Shown here: positions 60,436 through 64,000 of the stretch, piece after piece
Layout of the letters: the number at the start of each line of letters is the position of its first letter
Numbering within the stretch: position 1 is the stretch's first letter
Source of the DNA: Candidatus Magasanikbacteria bacterium CG10_big_fil_rev_8_21_14_0_10_47_10
Lineage (GTDB): Bacteria; Patescibacteriota; Patescibacteriia; Magasanikbacterales; UBA922
Assembly (NCBI GenBank): GCA_002773135.1
Contig: PFCB01000022.1
Span: 7,591 to 71,590, forward strand
Length of the DNA stretch: 64,000 bases
Direction of reading: 5' to 3'
Program-made: the position numbers and the translations under genes
The notes under the pieces: generated by a model
The model's input: only the letters and a program-made list of their open reading frames with translations
What the model was told of the DNA's origin: nothing
The model's database searches: none

Positions 60436-63378
60436 ATGGCCGAGCGATCACTCAATGAGAACCAAAGAAAAGCCGTGGAGCACACAGGCGGGCCCCTTTT
60501 GATTGTAGCCGGCGCAGGCACCGGCAAAACCACTGTTATTTCCCAAAAAATAGCGCATTTGATCAGCGAGCAGGGCGTAGGGCCGGAACACATACTGGCC
60601 ATGACCTTTACCGACAAGGCGGCTGGGGAGATGGACAAGCGGGTGTCGTCTCTCGTTGACATCGGCTACGCAGATCTGCATATCTCCACATTTCACGCGT
60701 TCTGCCAGCGGCTCCTGGAGCAGTACGCGCTTGATATTGGCCTGCCGAATCGATTCCGCGTGCTGACACAAACCGATGCCTGGCTCCTTGTTCGGGATCA
60801 TATATACGAATTTGACCTAGACTACTACAGACCCTTGGGCAATCCAGGCGCGCACATTCATGAACTTATTCGTCACTTTTCCAAATGCAAGGACGAGCTA
60901 ATTACACCCGACGCGTATCTGGCATACGCGGAGTCGGTCAAACTAGACAACGATGACGTGCACACAGACGAAAAAAACCGTTTGACTGAAGTCGCAAACG
61001 CGTACCACATTTACAACCAACTTTTATTGAAAAAAAGCGCACTTGATTTTGGTGATCTTATATTTCATGCGGTGCGCTTACTCAGGGAGCGGCCCGCACT
61101 CCTCGCCGATCTCAAAAAGAAATATACGCATATTTTGGTTGATGAATTTCAAGACGTGAATTGGTCGCAGTATGAGTTGGTTCGGATGCTCACCAATAAA
61201 GACTCGGCGCTAACAGTCGTGGGGGATGATGATCAGAGCATTTACGCGTTTCGTGGCGCGTCTGTTTCAAATATTCTGCGCTTTAAGGAGGATTTCCCGA
61301 GCGCCAAGGAGGTTGTGCTGAATATAAATTACCGTTCAGGCCAAGAAATACTTGATGCCGCGTACACGCTTGTACAGCACAATAATCCGGACCGACTTGA
61401 GGTAAAATTGCGGCTGCCCAAGGCGCTCACTTCCGCGACAGAATCAACATCCACGGTAGCGCATCGTCACTATCCAACACTGGAGGAAGAAATTGCCGGC
61501 GTTGTCACAAAACTATGCGAGACCAAAAAGCAGAGCAGCAGTGCGGTGTGGGATGATTTTGCTATCCTGGTGCGGGCAAACAGCTACGCTGATCCATGCA
61601 TGCGAGCGCTTGAGGGTGCCGGTGTTCCCTATGAATTTTTGTCTTCCAGTGGTCTGTACCGTCAGCCCATTGTGATGGATTGTATTAACTTTTTTAAGGC
61701 GATTGAAAATCATTTTGACGCCACAGCACTGTACAGACTGATGACCATGCCCGCCCTCAATATGGATGCAGCTGATGTACATGCTATTGTGCAGAGTGCA
61801 AAAAAAAAGGCGTCTTCCTATTTTTCTATTCTCGAACACCCCCAGCACTATGCATTGAGCCAGGATGGCACGGCCAAGGCATTACTCCTGCACTCCTGTA
61901 TCATTCATGGACGTGAAGCAGCACTAAAGCGCAACCCGACAACTGTCTTATACCAATTTTTAGATGGGAGTGGTTATCTTTCGTACCTCGCGCGTGAAGA
62001 GAATCAAGGGAATCACGCAGTCTTGCGAAGTATTTATCACTTGAAACAATTTTTTGACTCAATTCAGGCCTTTGAAACGGCCCAGCCCGGTGCCACGGTG
62101 CATAGTCTCATCGAGCACCTCCTCTATAGCATGGAGGCGGGAGACGAAGGGAAACTGTACCAGCCGGACGATACACCGGACTCAGTGAACATACTCACTA
62201 TTCACGGCGCAAAAGGTCTTGAGTTTGACCATGTTTTTGTCGTCAATATGGTAGAAGATCGTTTCCCGTCTCGACGACGGTCTGATGCGATTGAGCTACC
62301 GCTTGCCCTTGTGAACGAGCAGTTGCCGGAGGGGGACTATCACTATCAGGAGGAACGGCGCCTCTGCTATGTGGCAATGACACGCGCGCGAAAAAATTTA
62401 TTTCTAACAAGCGCGGATGATTATGGCGGTGTCCGAAAGAAAAAAGTCAGTCGGTTTGTAGTGGAAAGTGGACTGCAGGCAACGAACCTTGGACAACAAC
62501 CCAAAAAGTCGGAGTCCCTTGCGGTTACCCGCGATCAGATGCCGACAGATAGAGGCTCATCAGGTGTCGACCACCTTTACCCTCTACCGAAAATGTTCTC
62601 GTTTTCACAAATACGAAGTTATGACACATGCCCATACCAGTACAAACTCGCGCATGTGCTCAAGATTCCTTTTCGCGGCTCCGCGAGCTTTAGCTTTGGC
62701 AATAGCATACACAACACCCTGCAACACTTTTATGAGCGAGTGCGGCAGCTCAACGAGGCCAAGCAATCTTCTCTGTTTGAGGCGACAACAACGCCGTCAC
62801 AGACGGATGAGATCCTGGTACCGGAGCTCAAAGAACTTTTAACGCTCTACGATGAAGCATGGATAGGAGACTGGTACGAGAGCAAGCGTCAAAAGGAGGA
62901 TTACTATAAAAAGGGAAAAGATATTCTTAAAATATTTTATTCGACAAATGAAAGTCACTGGACAATTCCCATTGCAATTGAAGGCAGCTTTAAAATTAAA
63001 GTGGGGCCGTATACTGTTACCGGAAAGATGGATCGCGTCGACGCGACCGGTGACGGGCTGCACATCATTGACTACAAAACAGGCAAGGGCAAAGAAAAAG
63101 TTGCCGGTGATGACAAAGATCAGCTCCTGATGTATCAAATAGCGGCACAGACACTGCCGCAGTACGCACATCATGGAACTGTTTCAAAGCTGACCTTTTA
63201 CTATATAAATGATAATATACAAACATCCTTTATTGGCAAGAGCAAGGAACTTGAAAAAATGCAAGAAAAAATGAAAAAAGTACTTGATCGAATACATACC
63301 CGAGAATTTGCACCGACACCATCCCAGTTCGTCTGCGCGCGCTGCGATTTTCGAGATATTTGTGAATTCAGAAAATAA
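60436..63378 (+). CDS. UvrD/PcrA-type SF1 helicase fused to PD-(D/E)XK nuclease (AddA/AdnAB-like)
   Basis: AGAGTGKT, VDEFQD, TIHGAKGLEF, YVAMTRA; C-terminal GKMDRVD...IIDYKTG with Cys in TCPYQY and CARCDFRDIC. Confidence 0.9.
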   Translation: MAERSLNENQRKAVEHTGGPLLIVAGAGTGKTTVISQKIAHLISEQGVGPEHILAMTFTDKAAGEMDKRVSSLVDIGYADLHISTFHAFCQRLLEQYALDIGLPNRFRVLTQTDAWLLVRDHIYEFDLDYYRPLGNPGAHIHELIRHFSKCKDELITPDAYLAYAESVKLDNDDVHTDEKNRLTEVANAYHIYNQLLLKKSALDFGDLIFHAVRLLRERPALLADLKKKYTHILVDEFQDVNWSQYELVRMLTNKDSALTVVGDDDQSIYAFRGASVSNILRFKEDFPSAKEVVLNINYRSGQEILDAAYTLVQHNNPDRLEVKLRLPKALTSATESTSTVAHRHYPTLEEEIAGVVTKLCETKKQSSSAVWDDFAILVRANSYADPCMRALEGAGVPYEFLSSSGLYRQPIVMDCINFFKAIENHFDATALYRLMTMPALNMDAADVHAIVQSAKKKASSYFSILEHPQHYALSQDGTAKALLLHSCIIHGREAALKRNPTTVLYQFLDGSGYLSYLAREENQGNHAVLRSIYHLKQFFDSIQAFETAQPGATVHSLIEHLLYSMEAGDEGKLYQPDDTPDSVNILTIHGAKGLEFDHVFVVNMVEDRFPSRRRSDAIELPLALVNEQLPEGDYHYQEERRLCYVAMTRARKNLFLTSADDYGGVRKKKVSRFVVESGLQATNLGQQPKKSESLAVTRDQMPTDRGSSGVDHLYPLPKMFSFSQIRSYDTCPYQYKLAHVLKIPFRGSASFSFGNSIHNTLQHFYERVRQLNEAKQSSLFEATTTPSQTDEILVPELKELLTLYDEAWIGDWYESKRQKEDYYKKGKDILKIFYSTNESHWTIPIAIEGSFKIKVGPYTVTGKMDRVDATGDGLHIIDYKTGKGKEKVAGDDKDQLLMYQIAAQTLPQYAHHGTVSKLTFYYINDNIQTSFIGKSKELEKMQEKMKKVLDRIHTREFAPTPSQFVCARCDFRDICEFRK

Positions 63379-63406
63379 AAAAACCCCGACGATTCAGGAT
63401 CTTTTC
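63377..63406. terminator. Terminator between helicase and GC-rich orphan
   Basis: Minus strand GAAAAGATCCTGA-ATCG-TCGGGGTTTTTTT. Confidence 0.65.
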
Positions 63407-63464
63407 AATGCTCCCGAGGGTCTCCAGGCCTCGGGGTAGGTGGTGGGACGCGATCAGAGATCGC

Positions 63465-63998
63465 CTAGCACGGAAGTGCGGCCCGTTCATAGCTATACGG
63501 CCAAGGAATGTCCAGCCGATCAAAGATATCGTGCCAGTTCCCGGCGACCATGATACCGTCCGGCACCGCGGGCGTGTCCGCGTCACAGGCGTCGTCTTCG
63601 AGAATGAAGGGACGGCGGCCGTACATGACGCGCTTGAGCTGCAGCATGCCAATGCCGGTCAGATCCGGCAGGCGTGCCGACACAAGCGCGCTCAGCCCCT
63701 GCTGCCGCACCACAGTGTCGGTCACCGCCGTCCCGCTGAAGCAGACCACATTCCGCGCCGACAGCTTGCAGTCGGCTAGCAGATGCAGCTCACCCAGCGT
63801 CGCCCCCAGGTCAAGAGCGACCCGCATGGCGTTGCCGCGGTTCATGGCGTTCATCTGCTCGATGGGCGCGAGGAGACGGACGTTATCCGGCCCCAACCGC
63901 TCCACCAGTCGGCGCAGTGGCATGTGGCACCGTCCGCTGCGGACCGCGTCCCTGTACGGATGCGACCCTCTGCCGTCCGTCGCAAGAAGCAGCCCGGG
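63465..63998 (-). CDS. GC-rich orphan protein, probably 5'-truncated by the window end
   Basis: Frame stays open from ATG 63923 to the window edge; very GC-rich; C-terminal FILEDD...AGNWHDIFDRL. Confidence 0.6.
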   Translation of the reverse strand, partial: PGLLLATDGRGSHPYRDAVRSGRCHMPLRRLVERLGPDNVRLLAPIEQMNAMNRGNAMRVALDLGATLGELHLLADCKLSARNVVCFSGTAVTDTVVRQQGLSALVSARLPDLTGIGMLQLKRVMYGRRPFILEDDACDADTPAVPDGIMVAGNWHDIFDRLDIPWPYSYERAALPC

Positions 63999-64000
63999 CA

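Overview
This 64-kb window looks like ordinary chromosome from a small-genome Patescibacteria (CPR) bacterium. The inference (possibly class ABY1, Magasanikbacteria/Uhrbacteria-like) rests on the short HrcA, a CPR-type VirD4-like ATPase, G[AQ]GC signal peptides, surface repeats and mostly SD-less AT-rich leaders. Core content: hrcA-grpE-hsp20-dnaK-(DM13)-dnaJ with a variant CIRCE; rnhA, recJ, lepA, murJ, corA; a beta-CASP nuclease; uvrB and uvrA; a MacAB-like ABC exporter; a surface protein/glycosylation cluster; tRNA-Gln(CUG); dnaX, metG, tatD; a full F-type ATP synthase operon; and a UvrD helicase-nuclease fusion. No transposase, integrase, reverse transcriptase, CRISPR array or rRNA was seen. 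The most unusual signal is at 15.8-17.7 kb. An ~830-nt gap holds three consecutive structured elements on the minus strand: two ~270-280 nt candidate ncRNAs, each with a sigma70-type promoter, and a kissing-loop 3' UTR behind an 83-aa membrane protein gene. A divergent putative nucleic-acid-binding gene follows. Also notable: a dispersed class of GC-rich single-gene orphan units with their own promoter/SD/terminator, an unannotated 28-aa 8-Cys metallothionein-like gene, a Na+-type c-ring signature, and a cyclophilin with a G12 tract inside the atp operon. All structures and homologies were read by eye and need Infernal/HMM confirmation.
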